A stretch of DNA of 64,000 nt, from contig JAKPOP010000010.1 of NCBI GenBank assembly GCA_029547805.1, positions 680,452 to 744,451 on the forward strand. Reading direction: 5' to 3'. The DNA comes from Deltaproteobacteria bacterium (GTDB taxonomy: Bacteria > Myxococcota_A > UBA9042 > DTJE01). Shown in pieces: positions 27,986 to 37,929 of this stretch (position 1 is the stretch's first letter; each line of letters opens with the position of its first letter). The position numbers and the translations under genes are program-made. The notes below the pieces were generated by a model. The model made no database searches. It was not told the DNA's origin and saw only the letters and a list, made by a program, of their open reading frames with translations.

Positions 27986-30900
27986 ATGTCGTACCTGGAC
28001 CTTCAGAGAGACCTGCCGGTGTTCGTGGCCCAGCCGTTCCGACAGGCCGCCGACGCCTCCGAGGGATGGGAGGAGGGGGCGTCTCTGCTCTACGGGGCCT
28101 GGCGCCTGCTGCGCCTGCTGGCCCTGGCGGTCCGGGAGGACGAGGCCCGGGACCTCCCGGAAGACCTTCCCCGCCTGGCCCACGACCTGGACCTCCGGTC
28201 GGGATCCGACGAGATCGCCCGAGAGGTGGCGGGTCGCCTGCAAGGGGAGGCGGTCCGGGAGGCCCGCGAGGAACTGGCCCTCCTGGCGGCGAAGTTCCTG
28301 GACATGCGGGTGCTTCCCTCCCGGGAGGATCGGGAGAGCCGGGGGATCGCGGCGCGCATCGCCGGTGTCCTGGCGCCCCTGGGACGGACGCTGGCGGGAC
28401 TGGAGGTCCGGACCGCCGCCGGTGGACGGACCTTTGCCTGGGTGGGCCCCGAGGGATGCCTGGTGGCTCCCGAGGCGGGTCCCGAGGGCACGGTGCTGGT
28501 CTGGCGGGAGACGGGCGCCATGCGGCGACTGGCCCCCTCCCTCGGAGGAGAGCGGCGGCCGCGGCCGATGATCCCCTTTCCGGGGCCGGGACGGGCACCG
28601 GCCCTGGAACGGGACGACGGGCACCTGGTGGAGGCCGACGGGAGTGCGGGGGTCCTGGGGCGGCTGACGCCGGGCCGGGCCCTGGGTCGCCTGGTGGCCT
28701 GGCACCTCGCCCCGGAAGAGGACCCCCTGGCCGCGGCCCGGACGTTGGCCGACGCGGGCCTCCCGGAGGCCGCCGGGGAACTGCTGGTCCTGCAGCTGGT
28801 GCACCGGTTGGGCGAGCGGTCCCAGGGGGTCCTGCGGACCGTGATCGAGTTCCTCCACGAGCACGAACAGGCCGAGACCGCCGCGGGAGTCGAGATCGCC
28901 TTGCGACGGGACCTGGAAGCCCAGGAGGCGAGGCATCGGGCCGCCGGGGACCCCGGGGGTCTGATCCAGGCGCTGCTGGCACGACAGGAACTGGAGCGGG
29001 GCCCCACGCGCGTCCGGATCCTGACGGAACTGGCCGACCTGATTCGCGATCACCAGGGAGACCCCTCGGGGGAGGCGGACTGCCTGGTGTCGGCCATCCA
29101 GGAACAGCCGGACCTGGGGGACCTGGGGGATCGCCTGTTCGATGCCGCGGTGCGGGCCGGGAAGGCCGGAGAGGTCGCCGAGGAGGTCCGCCGGATCACC
29201 CGGCGCCCGGCGGGACCGTCGACCCGGGGGGCGCTGCTGCACCTGGCTGCCCGCCTGTACCGGGCCGCGGGCCGGCTGCCCGAGGCGCTGGATCTGCTTT
29301 CCGAGGCGATGGAGGCGAATCCTGGAAACCTCGGCTGGATGGAGGATGCGGTGGCCTGGGCCTCGGAGGCCCGGGACCCGGACCGGGTCATCGAGGCCCT
29401 CCGGAGGCGGATCGGGGCCTCCCGGGGTGGGGAGGAGCAGGTCCGATGGGTCGAGCGGCTGGCCCGGGCCCTGGAGGACGCGGGACGGGTCGAGGAGGCC
29501 CTGGCGGAGCACGAGCAGGTCTTCCTGTGGGACCCCTCCTCGGCGGAACGGTTCGCGCTGCTGGCGGACCGCTACCGGAGGGCCGGCGACCTCCAGGGCC
29601 TGCGGAAGTTCTGCGACGACACCCTGGCCCGGGCATCGGAACCCCCGGTCCTGGCCCTGGCGCTCCGGACCCGGGGCGAATTGCAGGCCCAGGCCGGAAG
29701 GGACCGGGAGGCCCTGCGGGACCTGGGTCAGGCGGTCGCCCTGGGTCTGCAGGAAGAGGCCTGCGGGACCCTGATGGAAGACCTCTCGGAACGCCTCGAG
29801 GACTGGGACCGGCTGCTGATGCTGCTGCACCGGAAGGTCGGCGGCCCGGACGACCGGAAGACCTGGCTGCGGATGGCCGAGATCGCCTGGATCCGGAAGC
29901 GGGATCCCGAAACGGCCCTGGGCCTGCTGCAGGAGGCCCGGACGCGCCATCCGGGGGACCCGGAAATCGAACGGTCCCTGCAGGAACTCCACGAGGCCCT
30001 GGGGATGTGGGGCGAGGTGGCCCGGGACCTCGCCCGCCAGGCCGAGGCCGCGGGACCTGCCGAGGTGGACCTGTGGGTCCGGCTGGCGGACGTGCAGGCC
30101 CGGCGACTGGGGCGGATGGACCTGGCTCGGGAGAGCCTGCAGCGGGCGGCCCGGGCCGCCATCGGTGATCGGGCCCGATCCATCGCCCTGCGCCTGGCGG
30201 AGATCGCCCGGGACGGCCGGGAACGGGTCGCCGAGTGGGAGGCCCTGGAGCAGGCGGCCCGCTTCGCCCCGACGCCCGAGGAACAGGCGGACCACTGGGT
30301 GGACCTGGCCCGCCGGGCCCTCGAACCCCCGACGCCGGACCCCACACTGGCCCGCCGGGCCCTCAACGAGGCCATCGCCGCGAATCCCCTGCACCGGGAG
30401 GCCGTCGAGCGACTGGCAGGGCTGCACCTGGAGGAGGGCTCGCCCGAGACGGCCCTGGCCCTCACCGAGCCCCTGATCCGGAAGGCCCGGGAGACCCGGG
30501 ACGCGGACCTGGAGCGGCGCCTGTCCCGCCTGGCCGGTCAGGCGGCGCGCAAGATGGGTGCCACGGAGGTCGCCGAGGCCCACCTCCGAAGGGTGATCGA
30601 ACTGGCCCCGGACGACCACAAGACACGGCTGGCCCTGGCGCGCGTGCTGGCGGGGGCCGGCCGGGACCTGGAGGCCATCCCGCTGCTGGAGGCGGTCCTG
30701 CAACTGCCGGAACCGCCCGCCGGCGAGCGGGCCGAGGACCTGCACCTGATCCTGGCCCGGTGCGCGGCCCGGGCCGGGGACGCCCCCCGGGCCGTCGCGG
30801 AGTTCGAGGCGAACTGGAAGACCCGAGGCGCGCCACCGGACCTGCTTCGGGAGATGATCGCGGCGGCCGAGAAGGCCCAGGACTGGCACCGAATGGCCCA

Positions 30901-32551
30901 GTGGCTGATCCCCTGGATCGAGTCCGAACCGCCCGGCGTGAAGCGGTTCAACGCCCAGATCCGCCTGGGGGACCTCTACCGGGACGCCCTCCAGGCTCCC
31001 CTGGAGGCCCTGCGGTGGTACCGGGCGGCCGCCTCCGAGGGAGTCTCGACGAAGGCGGCCCTCCACAAGGCCCTGGAGGCGGCCGTGGCCGCCGGGGAGT
31101 TCCAGGAGGCCAAGGGCATCCTGCTGGAACTGGTGGGCGAGGAGCAGGACGTCCTCAAGAAGGCCCAGTTCCACTACGCCGCGGCCCTGCTGGCCCGGGA
31201 CAACCTGGGAGACCCGGACCTGACCCGGGAGCACCTCTGGAAGGCCGTGGAACTGAATCCGGACATGACCGAGGCCGTCGAGGCCCTGGAGCACCTGCTC
31301 CTGGGGGCCTCGGATTTCGATGGGCTCTCGCGCCTCCACCAGGCCCTGGTGCGCCACACCCGCCTGACGGGCCAGGAGGATCGGCTGTTGCAGTCGCTGC
31401 GGCGACTGGCCTCGATCCAGGTCGAGCAACTGCACAACCTGCCGCTGGCGGCCGAGACGCTCCGGCAGGTGCTGGAGGCCGCGCCCCGGGACGCCGAAAG
31501 CGCCGTGCGGCTGGCGGAGGTCCTGACCCGGATCCCCGGACGGGAGGCCGAGGCCATCGAGGCCCATCGCCGGGCGCTCCAACTGGACCCGACCCGCCAG
31601 GACTCCTACCGGGCCCTCCGGGACCTCCACGGGGCGCTGCACCAGGAAGACGGCGCCTGGCTGGCCAGTGCGGCCCTGATCGTCCTGGGGTGCGAGACCG
31701 AGGCCGACCGGACCCGCTTCGAGGCCCGGCGTCAGCCCGCCCTGAAACTCCGGCGGGACGCGATGCCCCCCGAGGGTTTCTCCCAGTGGTTCGTGGACGA
31801 GGCGGTGGACCCGAACCTGGTCCGGGTGCTGCACCTGCTCTACAAGCCCCTCATCGGGGTGGTGCCCTTCAAGAGCCCCGGCGACCTGGGACTCTCGGAG
31901 GGGGACCGGGTGGACATGACCCAGGGGGCCACGTTCCAGAACATGGCCCGGGCGTGCAGCAAGGTCTTCGGCATCCCCCTGCCGCCCGTCTACCATGCCC
32001 GGGGACGACTCGGAATCACCAAGATCCCCCTGCGCCCGGTGGCCCTGGCGGTCGGCGACGACGTGCTGACCTCCTGGCGGGGAAAGGAACTGCGCTTCGG
32101 CCTCGGGAGGGCCCTCACGACCTTCCTGCCGGGCCTGGATCTGGCGGGCCTGGTGGACGCCCGGACCCTCCGATTCTTCCTGCTGGCCGCCCTCCGGATG
32201 GCCTTCCCCGAGTGGCCCCTGAAGGAGGAGGACGAGGTGGCGGCTCACCTGGCCGAAGACCTGGCGAGGGGCATGGACCCTGGGAGCCTGCAGAAGGTGC
32301 GGGAGGTGTTGACGGGCTTCCGTCAGAGCCGGAAGGCCCTGGACCCCAGCGCCTTCCTGGAGGGCATCGACCACACGGCGAGCCGGGTGGGCCTCTTCAT
32401 GGCCAATGACCTGGAGGTGGCCGGACGCCAGCTGAAGCAGGACGCCCTCTTCCTCTCGGACCTGGAGTTCGGCGATCGCCTCGTGGACCTGTGTGCCTGG
32501 GCCGTCTCGGCCCGTTACGCCGAGGCCCGCCGCGTGATGATCCAGGAGTGA
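27986..32551 (+). CDS. Giant TPR/alpha-solenoid repeat protein (1521 aa) with a distinct C-terminal domain of about 280 aa
   Basis: Start at MSYLDLQRDLP (ATG 27986, SD GGAGAGGA upstream). The upstream 5' part of the track ORF is antisense shadow of the Wzy gene. Helical repeat content throughout. The last 280 aa (from about 31700) are non-repetitive. Confidence 0.75.
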   Translation: MSYLDLQRDLPVFVAQPFRQAADASEGWEEGASLLYGAWRLLRLLALAVREDEARDLPEDLPRLAHDLDLRSGSDEIAREVAGRLQGEAVREAREELALLAAKFLDMRVLPSREDRESRGIAARIAGVLAPLGRTLAGLEVRTAAGGRTFAWVGPEGCLVAPEAGPEGTVLVWRETGAMRRLAPSLGGERRPRPMIPFPGPGRAPALERDDGHLVEADGSAGVLGRLTPGRALGRLVAWHLAPEEDPLAAARTLADAGLPEAAGELLVLQLVHRLGERSQGVLRTVIEFLHEHEQAETAAGVEIALRRDLEAQEARHRAAGDPGGLIQALLARQELERGPTRVRILTELADLIRDHQGDPSGEADCLVSAIQEQPDLGDLGDRLFDAAVRAGKAGEVAEEVRRITRRPAGPSTRGALLHLAARLYRAAGRLPEALDLLSEAMEANPGNLGWMEDAVAWASEARDPDRVIEALRRRIGASRGGEEQVRWVERLARALEDAGRVEEALAEHEQVFLWDPSSAERFALLADRYRRAGDLQGLRKFCDDTLARASEPPVLALALRTRGELQAQAGRDREALRDLGQAVALGLQEEACGTLMEDLSERLEDWDRLLMLLHRKVGGPDDRKTWLRMAEIAWIRKRDPETALGLLQEARTRHPGDPEIERSLQELHEALGMWGEVARDLARQAEAAGPAEVDLWVRLADVQARRLGRMDLARESLQRAARAAIGDRARSIALRLAEIARDGRERVAEWEALEQAARFAPTPEEQADHWVDLARRALEPPTPDPTLARRALNEAIAANPLHREAVERLAGLHLEEGSPETALALTEPLIRKARETRDADLERRLSRLAGQAARKMGATEVAEAHLRRVIELAPDDHKTRLALARVLAGAGRDLEAIPLLEAVLQLPEPPAGERAEDLHLILARCAARAGDAPRAVAEFEANWKTRGAPPDLLREMIAAAEKAQDWHRMAQWLIPWIESEPPGVKRFNAQIRLGDLYRDALQAPLEALRWYRAAASEGVSTKAALHKALEAAVAAGEFQEAKGILLELVGEEQDVLKKAQFHYAAALLARDNLGDPDLTREHLWKAVELNPDMTEAVEALEHLLLGASDFDGLSRLHQALVRHTRLTGQEDRLLQSLRRLASIQVEQLHNLPLAAETLRQVLEAAPRDAESAVRLAEVLTRIPGREAEAIEAHRRALQLDPTRQDSYRALRDLHGALHQEDGAWLASAALIVLGCETEADRTRFEARRQPALKLRRDAMPPEGFSQWFVDEAVDPNLVRVLHLLYKPLIGVVPFKSPGDLGLSEGDRVDMTQGATFQNMARACSKVFGIPLPPVYHARGRLGITKIPLRPVALAVGDDVLTSWRGKELRFGLGRALTTFLPGLDLAGLVDARTLRFFLLAALRMAFPEWPLKEEDEVAAHLAEDLARGMDPGSLQKVREVLTGFRQSRKALDPSAFLEGIDHTASRVGLFMANDLEVAGRQLKQDALFLSDLEFGDRLVDLCAWAVSARYAEARRVMIQE

Positions 32552-32562
32552 GTCCCTCGAAC

Positions 32563-34779
32563 CTAGAAGTCCACGTCCGTGCCGATGCCGTAGTCCACCT
32601 CTCGCGGGAACAGGGCCTCGTAGAGGGGAACCCGCTCCTCGGGCGACAGGTAGAGGTAGGCGTATCGAACCAGGTGCTCCGCGACCTTCCGGGCGTAGTT
32701 GCGACCCTCGTTGTAGGCGATGGACTCGACCATCTCGTCGAAGGGCAGGCCCTGCCGATCGCGCAGGAACCTCCGGATGGCCGGGGCCCCGCTGTTGTAG
32801 GCCGCCGAGGCAAAGAGGACCTGGTTCCGGAACTCCGGGAGCAGCATCGCCAGGTACCGGGTGCAGAACAAGAGGTTCCGGCCCGAATCGAAGAAGCCCT
32901 GAACGTCGAAGGGGACTCCCAGCAGGGCCGAGATGCGCCGGGCCGTCGAAGGGATCATCTGCATGATGCCCAGGGCGGCGGTGTGGGAGACCTGGCGGTC
33001 GTCATAGCGAGACTCCTGGCGCATGATGGCGTAGGCCCAGACCTCGGGGAAGGCGAAACGCCGGGCAAGACTCACCACCAGCGGCCGTCGGGCACGGGGG
33101 TAGAGGGCCTTCCAGGCCGCCGCGCCGTCCCGGGTGGGCACCGGGCCCAGACGGCCCCCCGCTTCCCGTCGGGCCGCCTGATAGAGATCATGGTCCAGTT
33201 CCAGGGCCCCGAGCACGGTGGACAGCAGTCGCAGGCGGTCCGCCCCCTGGACGTGCCGCAGGACCGCCCTGGCCACCGGAGCCCATTCCCGTCGGGCGCG
33301 GGCGACCTCCCCCAGGTCCGAGAGGTCCCGGACCCGCCGCATCGCCTCGACCAGGGCCTTCGGCAGGCGCCCCTCTCCCCAGAAGGGCCCCGGGTCCGGC
33401 AGGCCGGGAGAGGGCCCCGTGACCCACTCGGGCAGGGGCTCGCCCCACCACTCCTGTCGTCGCTGGGCAGCCAGCACGGCGTAGTAGGACAACGGGTACC
33501 GATCCACCAGGCGTCGCAAGGCCTCCCGGGCCTCCCGGTCCTGGCCCAGCAGGTGATGGATGCGGCCCATCCAGTAGAGGGCCTTCCCCGCCACCAGGTT
33601 GTTGCCCATCGGGATCATGGCCTGAAGGGCCTGCAGGGCCTCCGGGTACCGCCGCAACCGATAGAGGGACCAGGCCTTGAACCAGGCCACGTAGGACCGG
33701 TCCGGGGACCGCCGGGCCTCCCGCAGGAACCGGTCGAACTGGGGCAGGGCCTCCTCGTAGCGCCCGTGATCATAGGGAAGCCAGCCCAGGTAGTAGAGGG
33801 CCCGGGCCCGGTCCTTCCGGCCGCCTTCCTTCCGGTAGGCCCGGTAGTGGGCCACGGCCTCGTCATACCGCTCCAGGCGAGCCAGGGCCCGGGCGAACCA
33901 GAGGTGGCGGTCCGGTCCCCGGAGAACGCCTCCGGCCTCGGCCACGCGCAGCAGTTCCAGGGCCCGGGCCGGGTCGTCCCGGACCAGCACCAGGTGCGAC
34001 CGCGCCAGGACCATCGCCAGTCCCGGCGAACCCCGTCCCTGCCTCCAGAGGTCCTCGCGGATCCGCTGGGCCTCCCGGTACTCGAGCGCCGCGTCGAACC
34101 CCCGGGCCCGCCGTTCCAGTTCCCCGGGCGACAGGTCCGATTCCCGGAGCCCCGTGGCGGCCGCCGCGGGAGTCTCCGGCAGGTCCAGGAACAGCCCTCG
34201 AAGCACCGCCGCCCGTTCCCGGGCCTCCATCGCCATCGCCTGGATGCGCAGCGCCTCGCCCCGGAGCGGCCGGTGCGGCCGGGACCGGATCACCTCCTCG
34301 GCCTCCCGCCGGGCCCCTTCCCGATCCCCGCGAGCCAGCAGGCCCCGGGCCAGGGCCAGGCGCAGGTCCGTGGCGAGGGGGGACCGGGGATGGGCCGCCA
34401 GGAAGGCCCGGATCCGCTCGGGTCCGTCGGGTGCCCCCTCGGCAGCCCGGGCCCGCTGCTCCTCCAGCACCTCCCGGAGGTGACCGGGCAGCCCCGGGGC
34501 CAGGTCCCGCAGCAGCGCCCGAGCCTCCTCCCTCCGTCCCAGGTCGTTGAGGGCCCTCGCCCGGATCCAGAGGGCCTGGGCCTGTTCCCGGGGGTCCACC
34601 GGGGTCGCTGCGGCCTCCACCAGCGCCAGGGCCCCTGCCGGGTCCGCGGTCCGGACCCGGGCCACGGCCTCCTCCCGCACCTCCGGAAACGTGGCGGGCC
34701 CCTGGGCCAGGGCCGTTCCGGCCCCGAGAACCACCCACGGCACCCACAGCCACCGCGCCTGTTGAAACGGTCGAGTCAT
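32563..34779 (-). CDS. Soluble lytic murein transglycosylase (Slt70-like: superhelical N-domain + C-terminal SLT domain)
   Basis: Signal peptide MTRPFQQARWLWVPWVVLGAGTALAQG. SLT catalytic region ...IMRQESRYD...AALGIMQMIPSTA...AAYNSG. Confidence 0.85.
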   Translation of the reverse strand: MTRPFQQARWLWVPWVVLGAGTALAQGPATFPEVREEAVARVRTADPAGALALVEAAATPVDPREQAQALWIRARALNDLGRREEARALLRDLAPGLPGHLREVLEEQRARAAEGAPDGPERIRAFLAAHPRSPLATDLRLALARGLLARGDREGARREAEEVIRSRPHRPLRGEALRIQAMAMEARERAAVLRGLFLDLPETPAAAATGLRESDLSPGELERRARGFDAALEYREAQRIREDLWRQGRGSPGLAMVLARSHLVLVRDDPARALELLRVAEAGGVLRGPDRHLWFARALARLERYDEAVAHYRAYRKEGGRKDRARALYYLGWLPYDHGRYEEALPQFDRFLREARRSPDRSYVAWFKAWSLYRLRRYPEALQALQAMIPMGNNLVAGKALYWMGRIHHLLGQDREAREALRRLVDRYPLSYYAVLAAQRRQEWWGEPLPEWVTGPSPGLPDPGPFWGEGRLPKALVEAMRRVRDLSDLGEVARARREWAPVARAVLRHVQGADRLRLLSTVLGALELDHDLYQAARREAGGRLGPVPTRDGAAAWKALYPRARRPLVVSLARRFAFPEVWAYAIMRQESRYDDRQVSHTAALGIMQMIPSTARRISALLGVPFDVQGFFDSGRNLLFCTRYLAMLLPEFRNQVLFASAAYNSGAPAIRRFLRDRQGLPFDEMVESIAYNEGRNYARKVAEHLVRYAYLYLSPEERVPLYEALFPREVDYGIGTDVDF

Positions 34780-34786
34780 GGGACGA

Positions 34787-37700
34787 TCACCGTGCTCGCC
34801 TCCTCCGAATCAGCCACCAGGCCCCGATCCAGGCCATCCCTCCCGGGGAGCCGACCCGTCCTCCGTGGCATCCCCGGGAGGTTCCTCGGCCACCGAAATC
34901 GCCCGTTTCATCGGCCCCCGATCCCTCGTCGGCCTCCCAGGACAGGACGTCCCCAGGGAGGGCCTCCCCATCCCGGGAATCCACCGGGGCGACTCCTGGG
35001 TCCGCCTGCCCCGGGACATCGGCCCCCGAGGGCCTGGGTACCCGGTCCTCGGCCCACGCCAGGGCTCCCAGCAGCCTGACTCCCCCGGGCGTCCAATCCC
35101 GGGGCTCCGGTCGGGGCGCCTCGACGCACCGACCCTCCCGGCACCCGAGGTCCCGGAACTCGCCGGAGAGCGGGTCCCGGCAGAGGCCGCAGGCACCCCC
35201 GCAGCCGTCATCCCCGCACTCCCGCTCCCCACAGTCCCGGAGGCACCCCGGCAGGCAACGGCCCTCCGGGGAGCAGGTCTGACCAGGGGGGCATCCGCCA
35301 CAGGTTCCCCCGCAGCCGTTGTCGCCGCATTCCCGCCCCTCGCACTCGGGGACGCACCCGGTCCCGCAGCCCCCGCAGAGGGCCTCGCAACGCCAGGAGC
35401 AGGCATCGTCCCACCGGTCCGTGCAACAGTAGGGGGCCCCCTGGCACACGCAATCCTCGCACCGGGCCCCACTGCCCGGGAGATACCACCAGGCGCAGCC
35501 CGCCCCTCCGGAGCACCTCCCTTCCCGACAGGACTGCCCCGCCTCGCATCCCGGCCCACAGGTCCCGCCGCAGCCATCGTCCCCGCAGGTCCGCCCGGTG
35601 CAGTCCGGGGTGCAGGGGGGCGTCCGGAAGGACCACTCGGGCCCCACCACCAGCCGCTGATTGCCGGCTCGGTCCCGGAGGCGCAGGGTCACGAAGGCCT
35701 CCGGCCCCGGTTCCAGGTCCCCGAACACGAACCGCAACCACGTCCCATGGTCCCGGCGACGGCGTGTCTCGACTCCCGGTGCCGGTCCCACTCCGGCCTC
35801 CCCCGCCGCCGGCTCGTCGAGGGTCACCGTCCACTCGACCCGCCGGGCATCGAGCATCCGCCACTGCGTCCCGATCACCCGGGGGGCCTCGCAATCCCTG
35901 GGAAACTCCTGCTCCGACCCGGGACATCCCATCGGCGCCAGTCGGATCGGGCCCGACGAATCGAAGGCCCCAGGGCCCAGGGCCAGCACCCCGGTCCACT
36001 CCCCCTCCTCTCCAGGCACCATCGTCACGAACCAGTCCCCCCCGTCGCCCCGGGCCGTCACCACCGGCGGTACCGGCTCCGACCACCCCCAGAGTCGCAG
36101 CAGGACCGCTCCCAGACACGGCAGCACGGGCGGATCCACCTCCAGGACCCCACAAGGGTCGGCATCGAGGGATACCGTTCCCTCCAGGGGCGCCCGGTCG
36201 GGCCCCCAGGCGGACCATGCGAGGGATCCCGCCTCGGCTCTCACCAGGACCGAGGCCTTTCCCTCGGCGTCACAGGTCCTCCGCTCCGGAAGGCCCCCGG
36301 GGGAGACGACGCCCAGCGTGGTCCCCGGCAAGGGCCAGGCGCCCTGGCGGACCCGAACCGTCCAGGCCTCCCCGGGGACCGCCCGGTCCGGGGCCTGGAC
36401 CTCCATCGTGGATGGGGCCCGGCTGCGAAACGGGGTCCCCAGGTCCCCCAGCAGCACCGTCTTTTCCAGCACCTCCCGGACCTCGGGGGTCGGGCCCCGG
36501 TCGGCCACCAGGGCGACCCTGGCCTGCTCCAGGGCCTCCCCGAACCGGGGCCGCCCTGGAGAGGTCATGGCCAGCAGGATCCGGCGCGCCAGGTCCGCCG
36601 GTTCGTCCCAGGGGGTGTCCCCGGTGGCCGAGACCACCGCGACGGCCCCGGCCGGCGCCTCGGGGCTCCCCAGGTGCAGCAGCGTCTCGGCCAGGCACTC
36701 GTCCAGGTCGAAGCGCCCATTCGCGCAGGAGACGTCCAGCACCAGCGGCGTGCGACCGACGTTGGCCAGGGTCGCCGCCGCCTCCCGGTCGAAGGGCGGC
36801 TCCATCGTGGCCCAGGAGGTGCCGTTCCCATGGCCCAGATAGGCCACGAGGCCCCGGCCCTCGTCGAGGGCCTGGATCAGCCGGTCCGGCTGGTCGGTGC
36901 CCAGGGACCGGAAGAGGCGATCGGGTCGCTCCTGGTCCACCCCCAGCAGCAGCAAGGCCAGGAGGTCGCTCACCTGGTCGTCGTCGAGTCCCCCGGCGCC
37001 CTCGGAGGACGACACCAGCACCGACCGGGCGGTCCACTGCCCCGAAGGTCCCGAGGCGACCTCCTGCTCCCAGGCCCGGATCCGGGCCACCATCACGCTC
37101 ACGTCGTCGGCATTTCGGGCAGGCAGGCGAGACACCGGAAAGGCGGCGACCCAGGCCCCGTCCTCGGGCAATGCCAGGAGCCAGTCCGAGGCGCTGCCGT
37201 CGGCGGTCCTGGCCGGAGGCAGGCCCGGGGCATCCCCCACGAGCAAGACCCCCATCGGGGGGACTTCCGACCGGGCCAGGGATCGCAACCAGGCCTGGAT
37301 TGCCGCCTCGTGGGCCCCGACGGAGGAGACCGGGACGACGTCCACCTCGTACCCCTGGCGCCGCCGCAGGTCCACCAGGGGGTCCAGGGCCGGGAGGAGC
37401 CCGTCCTCGGCCAGAATCACCTGCCGTTCCGGGACCTCCTGGACCGGGGCCTGGGCCTCCAGCAGCCCCTGGCGGACCAGCCGGGCCCCCCAGGGGCTCC
37501 GCAACGAGGCCCGGGGGGTCGTCACGAGGGCTCCCGAGGCGACGTCTGTACCCCAGGGAACCCACCAGACCCGTCCCGACCCCAGGGAACCCAGGTCCTT
37601 CGGCGCCTCCGGGCGCCCCAGGCGGTGCCAGGGCCGCTTCCGGCGGGTCCAGGTCCGGACCTCGATCGGCCCGTTCCCCGCTTCCCGGGGAGGCCCGACG

Positions 37701-37840
37701 GCCGGCAGGACCTCCCGAGGCATCCAGACCAGCCGACCACCCGCCGGGGAGGACTCCGGCCCCTCAGGTCCCGCCAGGCAGGGAGCGGCCCAGGCCGGCA
37801 GCACCATCGCCCCCCACAGGATCCCGACGAAGACCCGCAT
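34787..37840 (-). CDS. Peptidase C25 (gingipain-like cysteine protease) with C-terminal myxobacterial Cys-rich repeats and MYXO-CTERM-type sorting tail
   Basis: Start at MRVFVGILWGAMVLPAWAAPC (M25 of the track ORF). C25 catalytic His (YLGHGNGTSW) and Cys (VLDVSCANGRFD). Repeats ECGDDGCGGTCGxC. Tail ...RGCHGGRVGSPGGMAWIGAWWLIRRRRAR. Confidence 0.8.
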   Translation of the reverse strand: MRVFVGILWGAMVLPAWAAPCLAGPEGPESSPAGGRLVWMPREVLPAVGPPREAGNGPIEVRTWTRRKRPWHRLGRPEAPKDLGSLGSGRVWWVPWGTDVASGALVTTPRASLRSPWGARLVRQGLLEAQAPVQEVPERQVILAEDGLLPALDPLVDLRRRQGYEVDVVPVSSVGAHEAAIQAWLRSLARSEVPPMGVLLVGDAPGLPPARTADGSASDWLLALPEDGAWVAAFPVSRLPARNADDVSVMVARIRAWEQEVASGPSGQWTARSVLVSSSEGAGGLDDDQVSDLLALLLLGVDQERPDRLFRSLGTDQPDRLIQALDEGRGLVAYLGHGNGTSWATMEPPFDREAAATLANVGRTPLVLDVSCANGRFDLDECLAETLLHLGSPEAPAGAVAVVSATGDTPWDEPADLARRILLAMTSPGRPRFGEALEQARVALVADRGPTPEVREVLEKTVLLGDLGTPFRSRAPSTMEVQAPDRAVPGEAWTVRVRQGAWPLPGTTLGVVSPGGLPERRTCDAEGKASVLVRAEAGSLAWSAWGPDRAPLEGTVSLDADPCGVLEVDPPVLPCLGAVLLRLWGWSEPVPPVVTARGDGGDWFVTMVPGEEGEWTGVLALGPGAFDSSGPIRLAPMGCPGSEQEFPRDCEAPRVIGTQWRMLDARRVEWTVTLDEPAAGEAGVGPAPGVETRRRRDHGTWLRFVFGDLEPGPEAFVTLRLRDRAGNQRLVVGPEWSFRTPPCTPDCTGRTCGDDGCGGTCGPGCEAGQSCREGRCSGGAGCAWWYLPGSGARCEDCVCQGAPYCCTDRWDDACSWRCEALCGGCGTGCVPECEGRECGDNGCGGTCGGCPPGQTCSPEGRCLPGCLRDCGERECGDDGCGGACGLCRDPLSGEFRDLGCREGRCVEAPRPEPRDWTPGGVRLLGALAWAEDRVPRPSGADVPGQADPGVAPVDSRDGEALPGDVLSWEADEGSGADETGDFGGRGTSRGCHGGRVGSPGGMAWIGAWWLIRRRRAR

Positions 37841-37929
37841 CGCAGCCCCCGGTCCTCGATAGGATACGACAACCTCGATCCGGTCCGACCGATTCGACGG
37901 GCCCAGGCCCATTGTCGGAGGAACACCGT

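Noticed and set aside
27866-32374. 1502-aa minus-strand ORF antisense to the TPR gene
   Set aside because: Extremely G/P/R/A-rich with no domain signature. It mirrors a credible sense gene. Typical GC3-driven open antisense frame.
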